Source: Patescibacteria group bacterium
GTDB taxonomy: Bacteria > Patescibacteriota > Microgenomatia > UBA8517
Assembly (NCBI GenBank): GCA_035256745.1
Contig: DATEXQ010000062.1
Span: forward strand, 1 to 42,128
Direction of reading: 5' to 3'
DNA: 42,128 nucleotides
Numbering within the stretch: position 1 is the stretch's first letter; each line of letters begins with the position of its first letter. Under the pieces are notes generated by a model. It was not told where the DNA came from, searched no databases, and saw only the letters and a program-made list of their open reading frames with translations. Made by a program: the position numbers and the translations under genes. Below, piece by piece: positions 1 to 8,775 of the stretch.

Positions 1-1
1 T

Positions 2-1066
2 AGGATAGACGGAATTTTGCAGGAAAAACTGACTGTACCCAAAGCCCTTCATGAGGCTCTAATTTCCCGTATAAAAATACTGTCCGGAATGAAAATTGAC
101 GAAAAAAGAATACCCCAAGACGGCAGATTTAATTTTAAAGAGTCGGGAGAAGAAGTGGACCTTCGTGTGTCTTCACTTCCAACCACCTGGGGAGAAAAAA
201 TTGTTATGAGGCTTTTGAAAAAAACAGGAGGAGTTCCAGAATTGCCCGAATTGGGTTTAAGAGGTATTGCGCTGAAAAACTTGGGAGATGCAATTCTTAG
301 GCCTCACGGAATAATACTTATCTGTGGACCCACGGGATCGGGAAAGACAACAACCCTTTACTCTATTATTTCCAGAATTAATACTCCCAAAGTAAATATT
401 GTAACTTTGGAAGACCCTATCGAATATAAAATAGCAGGAGTTAATCAGGTTCAAATAAATCCCGGAGCGGGACTGACTTTCGCATCGGGTTTGAGGTCTT
501 TCTTGAGACAGGACCCTAATATTATTCTAGTTGGAGAAATAAGAGACAAAGAAACAACAGATCTGGCAATTCAGGCATCACTAACCGGGCATTTGGTCTT
601 TTCGACTCTTCATACCAATGATGCATCAGGGGCACTACCCAGGCTTCTTGATATGGGAGCAGAACCTTACCTTCTTGCCTCTTCTATGACGGCAATTGTC
701 GCTCAAAGAGTTGTAAGGGAAATCCATGAAAAATGTAAGAAAGCATATACACCCGACCCAAAAGTTATTGAGGATGTGAAGGGCGTCCTTGGCACCCTTT
801 GGCCAAAAGATGGAAAAACCACTCTTTATAAAGGTACAGGAGATGCGGATTGTAATAACACAGGATATTATGGAAGAATCGGTATTTTTGAGGTCTTGCC
901 AGTTACCGAAAAAATTAGTAGGCTAATATTAGAGAGGGCTCCTTCATCAAAAATTGAAAGTCAGGCGAGAGAAGAAGGAATGATTACCTTAAAGCAGGAC
1001 GGATATATGAAGGTTTTGGAAGGAATATCGTCTATTGAAGAAGTTTTAAGAGTTGCCCAAGAGTAA
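2..1066 (+). CDS. pilB: Type IV pilus assembly ATPase, PilB/GspE family, C-terminal part (5' end cut by the window edge)
   Basis: The frame is open to the window start (..RIDGILQEKL). Walker A GPTGSGKTT, LVGEIRD and TGHLVFSTLHTND motifs are present. pilT and pilC follow. Confidence 0.9.
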   Translation, partial: RIDGILQEKLTVPKALHEALISRIKILSGMKIDEKRIPQDGRFNFKESGEEVDLRVSSLPTTWGEKIVMRLLKKTGGVPELPELGLRGIALKNLGDAILRPHGIILICGPTGSGKTTTLYSIISRINTPKVNIVTLEDPIEYKIAGVNQVQINPGAGLTFASGLRSFLRQDPNIILVGEIRDKETTDLAIQASLTGHLVFSTLHTNDASGALPRLLDMGAEPYLLASSMTAIVAQRVVREIHEKCKKAYTPDPKVIEDVKGVLGTLWPKDGKTTLYKGTGDADCNNTGYYGRIGIFEVLPVTEKISRLILERAPSSKIESQAREEGMITLKQDGYMKVLEGISSIEEVLRVAQE

Positions 1067-1082
1067 TATTAATTAAAAAGAT

Positions 1083-2141
1083 ATGGATATAAAAGAGTAT
1101 TTACAACTAACCACGGAGAAGAATGCGTCTGATTTGCATATGGTTGCAGGAACACCTCCTACCTTGAGAATAGACGGAGAGTTGATTCCCATTCCAAATG
1201 AGCCAGTTATTACATCTGATGATATATCCAAAATTCTGCCCGAAATTCTAAATAGTGAGCAGCTAGAGAGACTTACTATTAATAAAGAACTTGATTTTTC
1301 TCTTGCATTTAGCGAAACGGCTCGTTTTAGGATAAATGCCTATACCCAGAAAGGAAGTTTTGCGATTGCATTTAGATTAATTCCCCTGGAAATTCCCTCA
1401 ATTGATGCCCTTAATTTACCCAAAATTCTTCACTCATTTACCAATTTAAGACAGGGTTTTATTTTAATAACTGGTCCCACCGGTCATGGAAAATCAACCA
1501 CATTGGCGTCAATTCTTAACGAGATTAACCAAAGCCGGGCAGAGCACATAGTCACAATTGAAGACCCAATAGAATTTGTCATAAAGCCCAACAAATCCAT
1601 AATTTCCCAAAGAGAAATGGGTTTTGACACCCATTCTTGGCAAATTGCCCTTCGAAGTGTTTTAAGGGAGGATCCCAATGTAGTTCTTATCGGAGAGATG
1701 AGAGATTATGAGACTATTGCCTCGGCATTAACCATTGCGGAAACCGGACATTTGGTTTTTGCGACCCTTCACACCAATTCTGCTGCACAGACAGTCGATA
1801 GAATCGTGGATGTTTTTCCGGAAGAGCAACAAAACCAGGTTAAGCTTCAGCTTTCTAATGTGATTGAAGCGGTTTTTTCAATGCGGCTTGTGCCGTCACT
1901 TTCCGGAAGAAGACTCGTGGGTTATGAAGTAATGCTGGCGTCTTCAGCCATAAAAACTGCCATAAGGGAAGGAAAAACACACCAGATAGATAACATTATC
2001 CAAACTTCACAGGAAGCCGGAATGAGTACACTTGAAATGTCGTTGGCACGGATGGTTAAAGATGGGGCTGTCAGTTTGGAAATAGCGCAAACTTATTGCT
2101 TAAGACCGGAAGAATTAACCCGTTTAGTTAAAGGAAGTTAG
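1083..2141 (+). CDS. pilT: Type IV pilus retraction ATPase PilT
   Basis: About 350 aa. Motifs ASDLHM, Walker A GPTGHGKST, LIGEMRD and TGHLVFATLHTNSA. Sits between pilB and pilC. Confidence 0.88.
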   Translation: MDIKEYLQLTTEKNASDLHMVAGTPPTLRIDGELIPIPNEPVITSDDISKILPEILNSEQLERLTINKELDFSLAFSETARFRINAYTQKGSFAIAFRLIPLEIPSIDALNLPKILHSFTNLRQGFILITGPTGHGKSTTLASILNEINQSRAEHIVTIEDPIEFVIKPNKSIISQREMGFDTHSWQIALRSVLREDPNVVLIGEMRDYETIASALTIAETGHLVFATLHTNSAAQTVDRIVDVFPEEQQNQVKLQLSNVIEAVFSMRLVPSLSGRRLVGYEVMLASSAIKTAIREGKTHQIDNIIQTSQEAGMSTLEMSLARMVKDGAVSLEIAQTYCLRPEELTRLVKGS

Positions 2142-2146
2142 TAAAA

Positions 2147-3352
2147 ATGAAAAGATTTAACTATAAGGCAAAAGATAAGACAGGACAAATAGTTTTAGGA
2201 GAGGTTGAAGCTTCAAACGAAAATCAAGCGGCGAAACTTGTAAGGGAGCGAGGAATGGTTGTAATTACAATTACTCCAAGATCGGAAGGGATTTTTGCGA
2301 TCGTAAGGAAATTGAGAGAAAAAATTTCATTAAAAGATGTATCTACATTTACCAGACAACTTTCAACAATGATAAGTGCAGGACTTCCCATAACAGAGTC
2401 GCTTTTGGTATTAAGAAATCAAAACAAAGGAAGTATGCAAAAAATTATTGCTCAAATGCTTGCCGATGTAGAAGGGGGAGAATCTCTTTCTGCTGCAGCT
2501 GGGAAACACCCTAAAGTTTTTTCTCCTACGTATGTTGCGCTACTTAAATCAGGTGAGGTTGGAGGAGTTATAGATCAGGTTTTGGTAAGACTGGCTGACA
2601 ATTTGGAAAATCAGGAGGAATTTAAAGGTAAAGTAAAAGGAGCTCTTATTTACCCGGTAATAATTGTAGTCGGAATGGTTATAGTCTCCCTTATTATGAT
2701 GATTTTCGTAATTCCCAAACTAATGGCTTTATATAAGGATTTTAATGCCGAACTTCCTCTTCCGACCAAGATCCTTATGGGAGTATCGGATTTTTTCTTT
2801 AAGTTTTGGCCTTTATTTTTAATAATAGGGTTTGCTTTATTTTACGGACTTCAGCTTTATAGAAAAACAATTATTGGGAGAAGAAAAACAGATGAACTTA
2901 TTTTTAAAATTCCTATTATTGGTGAACTGCAAAGGCAAGTGATGCTTACGGAGTTAACCCAAACTTTAAGTTTGATGGTGGGTTCAGGTGTTTCTATTCT
3001 GGAAGGTTTGAATATCTCAGCGGGTATTATGGGTAATGTGGTAATAAGCGATGCTTTAAGACAGGTAGCCAAGGATGTCGAAAAAGGTTTTCCTGTCGCC
3101 TACTCTTTTGCCAAACATCCTGACGCTTTCCCCTACATTCTTTCCCAAATGATAGCCGTTGGTGAAGAAACAGGCAAAATGGACGAGGTTTTGCAAAAAG
3201 TGAGCCATGTTTTTGAAGTCGAAAGCGACCAAAGAGTAAAAGCCCTAACTGCCGCGGTTGAACCTTTAATAATGGTAGTTTTGGGTTTGGGAGTTGGGTT
3301 TTTAGTTATTGCTGTTATTTTACCTATTTATAGTCTTACTAGTCAGTTTTGA
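2147..3352 (+). CDS. pilC: Type IV pilus platform membrane protein PilC/GspF
   Basis: 401 aa with two GspF-like repeats (FTRQLSTMISAGLPI.. and LTQTLSLMVGSGVSI..) separated by TM segments. Locus context supports the call. Confidence 0.88.
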   Translation: MKRFNYKAKDKTGQIVLGEVEASNENQAAKLVRERGMVVITITPRSEGIFAIVRKLREKISLKDVSTFTRQLSTMISAGLPITESLLVLRNQNKGSMQKIIAQMLADVEGGESLSAAAGKHPKVFSPTYVALLKSGEVGGVIDQVLVRLADNLENQEEFKGKVKGALIYPVIIVVGMVIVSLIMMIFVIPKLMALYKDFNAELPLPTKILMGVSDFFFKFWPLFLIIGFALFYGLQLYRKTIIGRRKTDELIFKIPIIGELQRQVMLTELTQTLSLMVGSGVSILEGLNISAGIMGNVVISDALRQVAKDVEKGFPVAYSFAKHPDAFPYILSQMIAVGEETGKMDEVLQKVSHVFEVESDQRVKALTAAVEPLIMVVLGLGVGFLVIAVILPIYSLTSQF

Positions 3353-3357
3353 AAGAC

Positions 3358-3388
3358 TTGACACTTTAATAATGATACATAATAATAA
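3358..3388 (+). promoter_or_regulatory. Candidate sigma70-type promoter for the major pilin gene
   Basis: Exact TTGACA at 3358-3363, with an A/T-rich -10 region (cataataataa) 14-17 nt downstream. A strong SD GAGAGGGGGTG (3392-3402) precedes the ATG at 3413. Confidence 0.5.
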
Positions 3389-3412
3389 ATTGAGAGGGGG
3401 TGAAATAAATTA

Positions 3413-4051
3413 ATGACTGCTCAAAAATATTTAAAAAGATTGGGAGGTTTCACCCTTGTGGAGCTTTTGATTGTTATAGCAATTTTGGCAATTATCGCCT
3501 TGATTGTTATCGCAGCCATAAATCCTATTGAACAGGCCAACAGAGCCAGGGATACAGGACAAAAGGCTGATGCAAGTCAATTTTTATCCGCAAATGACAG
3601 ATACTTCGCAGCCAAGTCGGAATTCGCTTGGGTGACGGTCGATAATGTAGGGGGAGGAAGTGCGACCAATGATGATGCATTTGGTTATATCACTATTGAT
3701 GATGCAACTGTTGGGCTTTGTGCAACATCTGGAGATTGTGCAAGTGATCCTGGTTTATTAATTACCCAACAGGAATTAAAACCGGAATTTGGAAATAGGA
3801 GATTTGTAGATGCAGCGAACGTCAGTGATAGAATGTTTATGGGAAAAGCGGATCAGGAGCAATCTGTTTATGTCTGCTATATACCGATGGCAAAATCCAA
3901 TAGAGCAAAGGCCTGTGAGGATCAAAAAGTATATACATTAGCTGGTCTTGGTGTAAGAAGCCAAATTGTTTGTGACCCGGCAGCTGAACCTCAATGGGTA
4001 GGAGCAAATCTGGACGGGACGGATTCTTATTTCGTCTGTGTTCCTGAGTAG
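3413..4051 (+). CDS. pilA: Type IV pilin, candidate major subunit
   Basis: Class III signal KRLGG|FTLVELLIVIAIL with Glu at +5. It has its own promoter-like signal, the strongest SD in the locus and a 3' stem-loop. It lies between pilC and pilD. Confidence 0.8.
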   Translation: MTAQKYLKRLGGFTLVELLIVIAILAIIALIVIAAINPIEQANRARDTGQKADASQFLSANDRYFAAKSEFAWVTVDNVGGGSATNDDAFGYITIDDATVGLCATSGDCASDPGLLITQQELKPEFGNRRFVDAANVSDRMFMGKADQEQSVYVCYIPMAKSNRAKACEDQKVYTLAGLGVRSQIVCDPAAEPQWVGANLDGTDSYFVCVPE

Positions 4052-4067
4052 TACTTTTAGAAGTTAA

Positions 4068-4118
4068 AAGAGGGGGTTTATTAAGAGAAGCTTAATAAGT
4101 CATTTTATACCCCCTCTT
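4068..4118 (+). terminator. Long stem-loop 3' of the major pilin gene (terminator or mRNA-stabilising hairpin; no U-tract on the + strand)
   Basis: aagagggggt (4068-4077) pairs perfectly with accccctctt (4109-4118). Inner arms ttattaag (4078-4085) and cttaataa (4091-4098) also pair. Confidence 0.45.
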
Positions 4119-4189
4119 GAAACGTGATAATTCATGTAAATAGGTTTTGATATGGCGGGAATCTACTTCTTTTAAAAAATCCATTATTA

Positions 4190-5011
4190 ATGAATAATGA
4201 TATTAGGTTTATGTTTGAATATTTCGCCGTAATTGTTTTTGGACTTATAATCGGCTCGTTTTTAACCGCATTGAGCTTTAGAATTCCCAAAAAAATATCA
4301 ATTGCAAAAGGAAGATCCTTTTGCGATATATGCAAGAAGAAAATAGCCTGGTATGATAACATTCCCCTTCTTTCTTACCTTTTGTTAAAAGGAAAATGCA
4401 GAAATTGTCATAAAAAAATATCCCTTCGCTATCCTTTAATAGAACTATCTACTACATTAACTTTCCTTGTGATTTATATTATTTATACCTTGTATATCAC
4501 TTCCTTTATAGATAGTGTTTTTTATGCTTGGGGAAATGCTTTGGGAGTAATTACCCTCCCCTACTTTATTTTTATTTCGATAATTTTGATTACAATTTTT
4601 ATAATTGATTTAGAAAAAGGAATAATTCCTGATAATTTGATATTCATTCTTTATTTAACTGTAAGTATTTTTCTTGTACTTACCCATATGGAGAATTTTT
4701 ATCTTCATTTTTTTGCAGGTATGCTATCTTCTCTATTATTATATTTTCTTTTTTTCATAACCAAGGGGAGAGGTATGGGTTTGGGAGACGTAAAACTGGC
4801 AATTCCTTTGGGGACCATTCTTGGCCTTACAATTTCTTTGGTGTGGATATTTTTGGCTTTCTTGACAGGGGCATACATTGGAATCATACTGATTTTAATA
4901 AAAAGGGCTAAATTAAAGGATAAATTAGCCTTTGGACCTTTTCTGATTTTTGCTTTTTTTGCAGCCCTTATTTGGGGTAATAGAATTCTAGTCAATTTGA
5001 ATATTTTTTAA
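4190..5011 (+). CDS. pilD: Prepilin peptidase / N-methyltransferase (peptidase A24)
   Basis: CDIC..(x21)..CRNC zinc motif, polytopic membrane protein, and two Asp motifs (IIDLEKGIIPD and GMGLGDVKL). Confidence 0.9.
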   Translation: MNNDIRFMFEYFAVIVFGLIIGSFLTALSFRIPKKISIAKGRSFCDICKKKIAWYDNIPLLSYLLLKGKCRNCHKKISLRYPLIELSTTLTFLVIYIIYTLYITSFIDSVFYAWGNALGVITLPYFIFISIILITIFIIDLEKGIIPDNLIFILYLTVSIFLVLTHMENFYLHFFAGMLSSLLLYFLFFITKGRGMGLGDVKLAIPLGTILGLTISLVWIFLAFLTGAYIGIILILIKRAKLKDKLAFGPFLIFAFFAALIWGNRILVNLNIF

Positions 5012-5026
5012 AAAGCTTTTTAATTT

Positions 5027-5710
5027 ATGGGAATAAAAAAAAGTACAGCTTTAGCTGGTCATCATCTAAAATTTGTAGATAGTACTTCGGGATTAACATT
5101 AATTGAAGTTCTTATAGTTACCGCAATAATCATATTAATGCTCATTCTTTCTTTTACGGTTTTTCGTAAACAATTAGCTAAAGGAAATGATGCGAAAAGG
5201 AAATCCGACATTTATCATATAAAACAAGCAGTGGAAGAATATGAGAAAGATCATGATTGCTATCCTGTTTCCCCTTTACCTGCCTGTGAACCTGGAGAAG
5301 GACTGCAACCCTATTTGGATAAAATTCCCTGCGATCCGGTTACAAAAGATGACTATATTTATTATCCAGATCCCGATCATAATATTTGCCCGCAATGGTA
5401 TTGGATATTTTCCACACTTGATTATAAATACGACCCCCAAATCGATGATCTGGGTTGTCTTTTAGGTTGTGGGCCTAGCCAAGACGAGTTGAATTATAAT
5501 TATTACCAAACTAGTCCAAATGCGCCGGAACCCTACAAGGGAGAAGGAACACCTACAGAACCTCCTAGTCCTACACCAGTTCAAAAATATGGCTGCTTTA
5601 ACAGAATCTGTCTACCAATTCTAACCAGCCCTATATGCCATCCAAACTATATTCCAAGTGATTGTAATAATGAGTGTGCTGGGGGAGCAAATGAGTGCGA
5701 AGATATATGA
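5027..5710 (+). CDS. Modular type IV pilin-like protein with a Pro-rich linker and a C-terminal 6-Cys module
   Basis: Prepilin motif DSTSG|LTLIEVLIV. Linker SPNAPEPYKGEGTPTEPPSPTPV. The tail is C-x4-C-x8-C-x9-C-x3-C-x6-C. Confidence 0.75.
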   Translation: MGIKKSTALAGHHLKFVDSTSGLTLIEVLIVTAIIILMLILSFTVFRKQLAKGNDAKRKSDIYHIKQAVEEYEKDHDCYPVSPLPACEPGEGLQPYLDKIPCDPVTKDDYIYYPDPDHNICPQWYWIFSTLDYKYDPQIDDLGCLLGCGPSQDELNYNYYQTSPNAPEPYKGEGTPTEPPSPTPVQKYGCFNRICLPILTSPICHPNYIPSDCNNECAGGANECEDI

Positions 5711-5719
5711 AAGTGAATA

Positions 5720-6292
5720 ATGTCCGAGAAATTTACACTTAAAGGAAAGCATGTTGCATCAATATTTATAATCTTACTCATTATTGTTTTGGCAAATTTT
5801 ATAAATTTTAGAATCTCCGAGAGGAAGGCAAGAGATAACCAGAGAAACTTAGACGTTTCGGCAATCGCCCAAGGGCTTGAAAGTTATAAAGCAGATTATG
5901 GATTATATCCGTTAAGCTCATCTGAAGGTAAAATAATTGCCTGTAAAGGTCCTGATACCAGACGGGAAAATCCTTTTGAAATTCCCAAAAACAAAAAACC
6001 CAAGCTTATTAATTTAATTCCTTGTGAGTGGGGAAAAGATTCTCTAATGGATGTAACCGACATAAATTACCCCCACTACTTAAGTCTAATTCCAAAAGAT
6101 CCCGAGGAAAGTATGGGAGCAAGCTATAGATATATATCCGATGGAATAAGTTACCAAATATTGGGAGCTTTCGAAGGAAAAGATTTAATTGAATACAACA
6201 AGGCAATTTTAAGACGAAATGTTGGGTGTGGAATAAGAATTTGCAATTTCGGTAAGGCAAGTTTGAATACGTCTCTTGATAAATCACCGTAA
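5720..6292 (+). CDS. Degenerate pilin-like protein with the prepilin cleavage motif lost
   Basis: The globular part is paralogous to 6325..6867 (ERKARDNQRNLD.., IPCEWG, IPKDP, YQILGAFEG). The N-terminus reads EK-FTLKG instead of G-FTLxE. Confidence 0.6.
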   Translation: MSEKFTLKGKHVASIFIILLIIVLANFINFRISERKARDNQRNLDVSAIAQGLESYKADYGLYPLSSSEGKIIACKGPDTRRENPFEIPKNKKPKLINLIPCEWGKDSLMDVTDINYPHYLSLIPKDPEESMGASYRYISDGISYQILGAFEGKDLIEYNKAILRRNVGCGIRICNFGKASLNTSLDKSP

Positions 6293-6324
6293 TAGTATAA
6301 GAATGGATATAGGGATAAATAAAA

Positions 6325-6867
6325 ATGGTTAAAGGTAAATTGAAAATGATTGGAGCCTTTACTCTGGTTGAGATTTTGATTGTTATTGCAATCATTGCAA
6401 TTCTTGCTGTAATTTCTCTTTCTGCTTTTAGATTCACACAGGCAAGAAGCAGGGATTCACAAAGAAAATCAGACTTAAAAGAAATTTCTCATGCTTTGGA
6501 GATATTTTATTCCGATCATAAGATTTACCCCGCAGGAAATGGATCAGGTGAGATATTGGCCTGTCCCTTTGCTAGTGTAAATCCAACAAACTGTGCTTGG
6601 GGTGAAGGTCAGATGACTGATAATCAAACAACATATTTTAGAATAATTCCGAGTGATCCTCTCAACAGCCAAAACTACTATTATAGGACTTTAGCTGACC
6701 AGCAAGCTTATCAGCTTTATGCTCATTTGGAAAATAAAGAGGACAAAAATTGTATAAAGGATGATTCGGGAGTACCCGATTGCGAAATAAACATGGGCAT
6801 TGACTGTGGAGGAAATTGTAACTTTGCTATAACTAGTGCAAATGTTGCACCAACCGATTCTGATTGA
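6325..6867 (+). CDS. Type IV pilin / GspG-like pseudopilin
   Basis: KMIGAFTLVEILIVIAII, then ARSRDSQRKSDLKEISHALEIFY..YP and the IPSDP motif. Confidence 0.8.
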   Translation: MVKGKLKMIGAFTLVEILIVIAIIAILAVISLSAFRFTQARSRDSQRKSDLKEISHALEIFYSDHKIYPAGNGSGEILACPFASVNPTNCAWGEGQMTDNQTTYFRIIPSDPLNSQNYYYRTLADQQAYQLYAHLENKEDKNCIKDDSGVPDCEINMGIDCGGNCNFAITSANVAPTDSD

Positions 6868-6907
6868 AAGAAAATCTTGATTAGTCTAATATATAAATAT
6901 ACCTGCC

Positions 6908-7396
6908 ATGGGAACAAAAATTAAAGAAATCAGGTCTCAAATTCAAAATTCCGGATTCACTTTAATTGAGCTTTTGGTTGTGATATCAATAATTGCAATT
7001 CTGGCGACTCTTCTTATCGCAAATATGAATGCCATCCGAGGTAGGGCAAGAGATGCCGCAAGGAAATCTGATTTAAGAAATATTCAAACTGCCTTAAGAC
7101 TTTATTACAATGACTATGGTATGTATCCGGGTGACTACGAGTATAAAATAAACGGTTGTGGAATTGGAGGATTGAGAACTTGTGAATGGGGAGGATCTTT
7201 TGCATCAGATAAAAATACATATATGAGTATTTTACCCGCTGACCCTTCTCCTGATAGGTCTTATACATATGACCGTAATAATACAGCAAATGACCTCTAT
7301 ACTCTTAGCGCATGCCTTGAAAACGTAAGCGATGATAGGTGTGCAGGAGTCTGTAGCGGTGGCATAGATGGATGCACATATCTTGTACAACCATAA
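6908..7396 (+). CDS. Type IV pilin / GspG-like pseudopilin
   Basis: NSG|FTLIELLVVISIIAIL, then RARDAARKSDLRNIQTALRLYY..YP and LPADP. Confidence 0.82.
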   Translation: MGTKIKEIRSQIQNSGFTLIELLVVISIIAILATLLIANMNAIRGRARDAARKSDLRNIQTALRLYYNDYGMYPGDYEYKINGCGIGGLRTCEWGGSFASDKNTYMSILPADPSPDRSYTYDRNNTANDLYTLSACLENVSDDRCAGVCSGGIDGCTYLVQP

Positions 7397-7426
7397 AAAT
7401 TATTTTAATATAAATATAGATAGAAT

Positions 7427-8122
7427 ATGAAAAAAATATATGAAAGTTTAGGTTTTACCCTCATTGAGATTTTGATTGTGATTGCAATAATTGGAATTCT
7501 TGCTGCAATTGCTCTGGTTTCTTTCACGGGAGCACAAAGACAGGCAAGGGATACCAATAGAAAATCTGATTTAAGAATGTATGAAACCGCTCTTGTTCAG
7601 TATGCAAGTAAGAATAAAGGGAAATTTCCTTCTTACTCTGGAGTGACAAATATTTCTAATCTTTGCGGTACTCTTGATATTTCAAATTGCCCCACAGATA
7701 TTGATGATACATATAGGTATGTATCTAACGGACCTACAAACGATGGAACACCCAAGGCAACGCAATATGTTATATGGTCTACCCTGGAAGCAACTAATGA
7801 TGTTAATGACGCTTGGGTTATTTGTTCAGGTGGAAGTGTTGGAACGTATTATGATACTCCAAATAGTTTTAATTGTCCTCCTCTGAACGAACCTGAACCT
7901 CTGCCTACAGCTACACAACCTCCGGCAGAAACTAATCCGCCTACGGGTACTACAGGTACTGCCACACCTCTGCCTACAGCTTCATTTATACCTACATCTA
8001 CACCAACAATAGGACCCCTACCTACATGTATACCGGGTGGACGTCCATGCGGAGCTGGTAGTGTAGAAGCGTGTTGTCCAGGTTATGAGTGTATCGCTGG
8101 AAGATGTGTAAGCTCACTATAA
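7427..8122 (+). CDS. Modular type IV pilin with a P/T-rich linker and a C-terminal C-C-CC-C-C mini-domain
   Basis: ESLG|FTLIEILIVIAIIGIL and QARDTNRKSDL. A linker of about 50 aa is rich in P and T. The tail is C-IPGGRP-C-GAGSVEA-CC-PGYE-C-IAGR-C-VSSL. Confidence 0.82.
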   Translation: MKKIYESLGFTLIEILIVIAIIGILAAIALVSFTGAQRQARDTNRKSDLRMYETALVQYASKNKGKFPSYSGVTNISNLCGTLDISNCPTDIDDTYRYVSNGPTNDGTPKATQYVIWSTLEATNDVNDAWVICSGGSVGTYYDTPNSFNCPPLNEPEPLPTATQPPAETNPPTGTTGTATPLPTASFIPTSTPTIGPLPTCIPGGRPCGAGSVEACCPGYECIAGRCVSSL

Positions 8123-8137
8123 TTAGATTAAATTAAT

Positions 8138-8737
8138 ATGAAGGATAAATATAACAAAGGTTTTACATTAATCGAGCTTTTGGTTGTCATTGCAATAATT
8201 GGCATTTTAGCGGGAATATCGTTTTTTGGAATTCAGGGAGTTTTTGAAAATTCCAGAGACACACAACGAAAGTCCGATATAAAGCAATACCAAACAGCTT
8301 TGGAAAGTTATGCCAATAAAAATAATGGTTTTTATAAAGGACGACCCAATACAGAAAGAGCCTCTTCTATTCTTTGTGGAGATCTAGGCTTAAGTAATTG
8401 TCCAGAGGATCCTAATTATGATCCAATAACAGGAACTCCGACTTATAATTTTCAAACAGATGGTACAGCAGGTGTAAACAACGCAACAAAGTATGTTATT
8501 TGGGCAATTCTTGAAGATCCTGTATCACCTACTACTTTTTCGGTGGTTTGTTCAAATGGAGCTGTGGGAACCATTAGTTCAAGGACTATTTCTGGAGGTG
8601 TTTGTCCTTTAACAAGTAGTAATTGTGCAGGACCTGGAGAAGCTTGTGGACCTGCCGGTGGAGGCATAGATTGTTGTTCGGGAACGTGTATGGGTGATAT
8701 CTGTTCAGCAGAAGCAGGGGGAGCAGAAACAGATTAA
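8138..8737 (+). CDS. Modular type IV pilin, paralog of 7427..8122, with a C-terminal C-C-CC-C-C mini-domain
   Basis: NKG|FTLIELLVVIAIIGIL and SRDTQRKSDI. The core is paralogous to the previous gene. The tail is C-AGPGEA-C-GPAGGGID-CC-SGT-C-MGDI-C. Confidence 0.82.
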   Translation: MKDKYNKGFTLIELLVVIAIIGILAGISFFGIQGVFENSRDTQRKSDIKQYQTALESYANKNNGFYKGRPNTERASSILCGDLGLSNCPEDPNYDPITGTPTYNFQTDGTAGVNNATKYVIWAILEDPVSPTTFSVVCSNGAVGTISSRTISGGVCPLTSSNCAGPGEACGPAGGGIDCCSGTCMGDICSAEAGGAETD

Positions 8738-8775
8738 AACTTACAAATCTCCTCCATTATTTTAATATTTTAATT

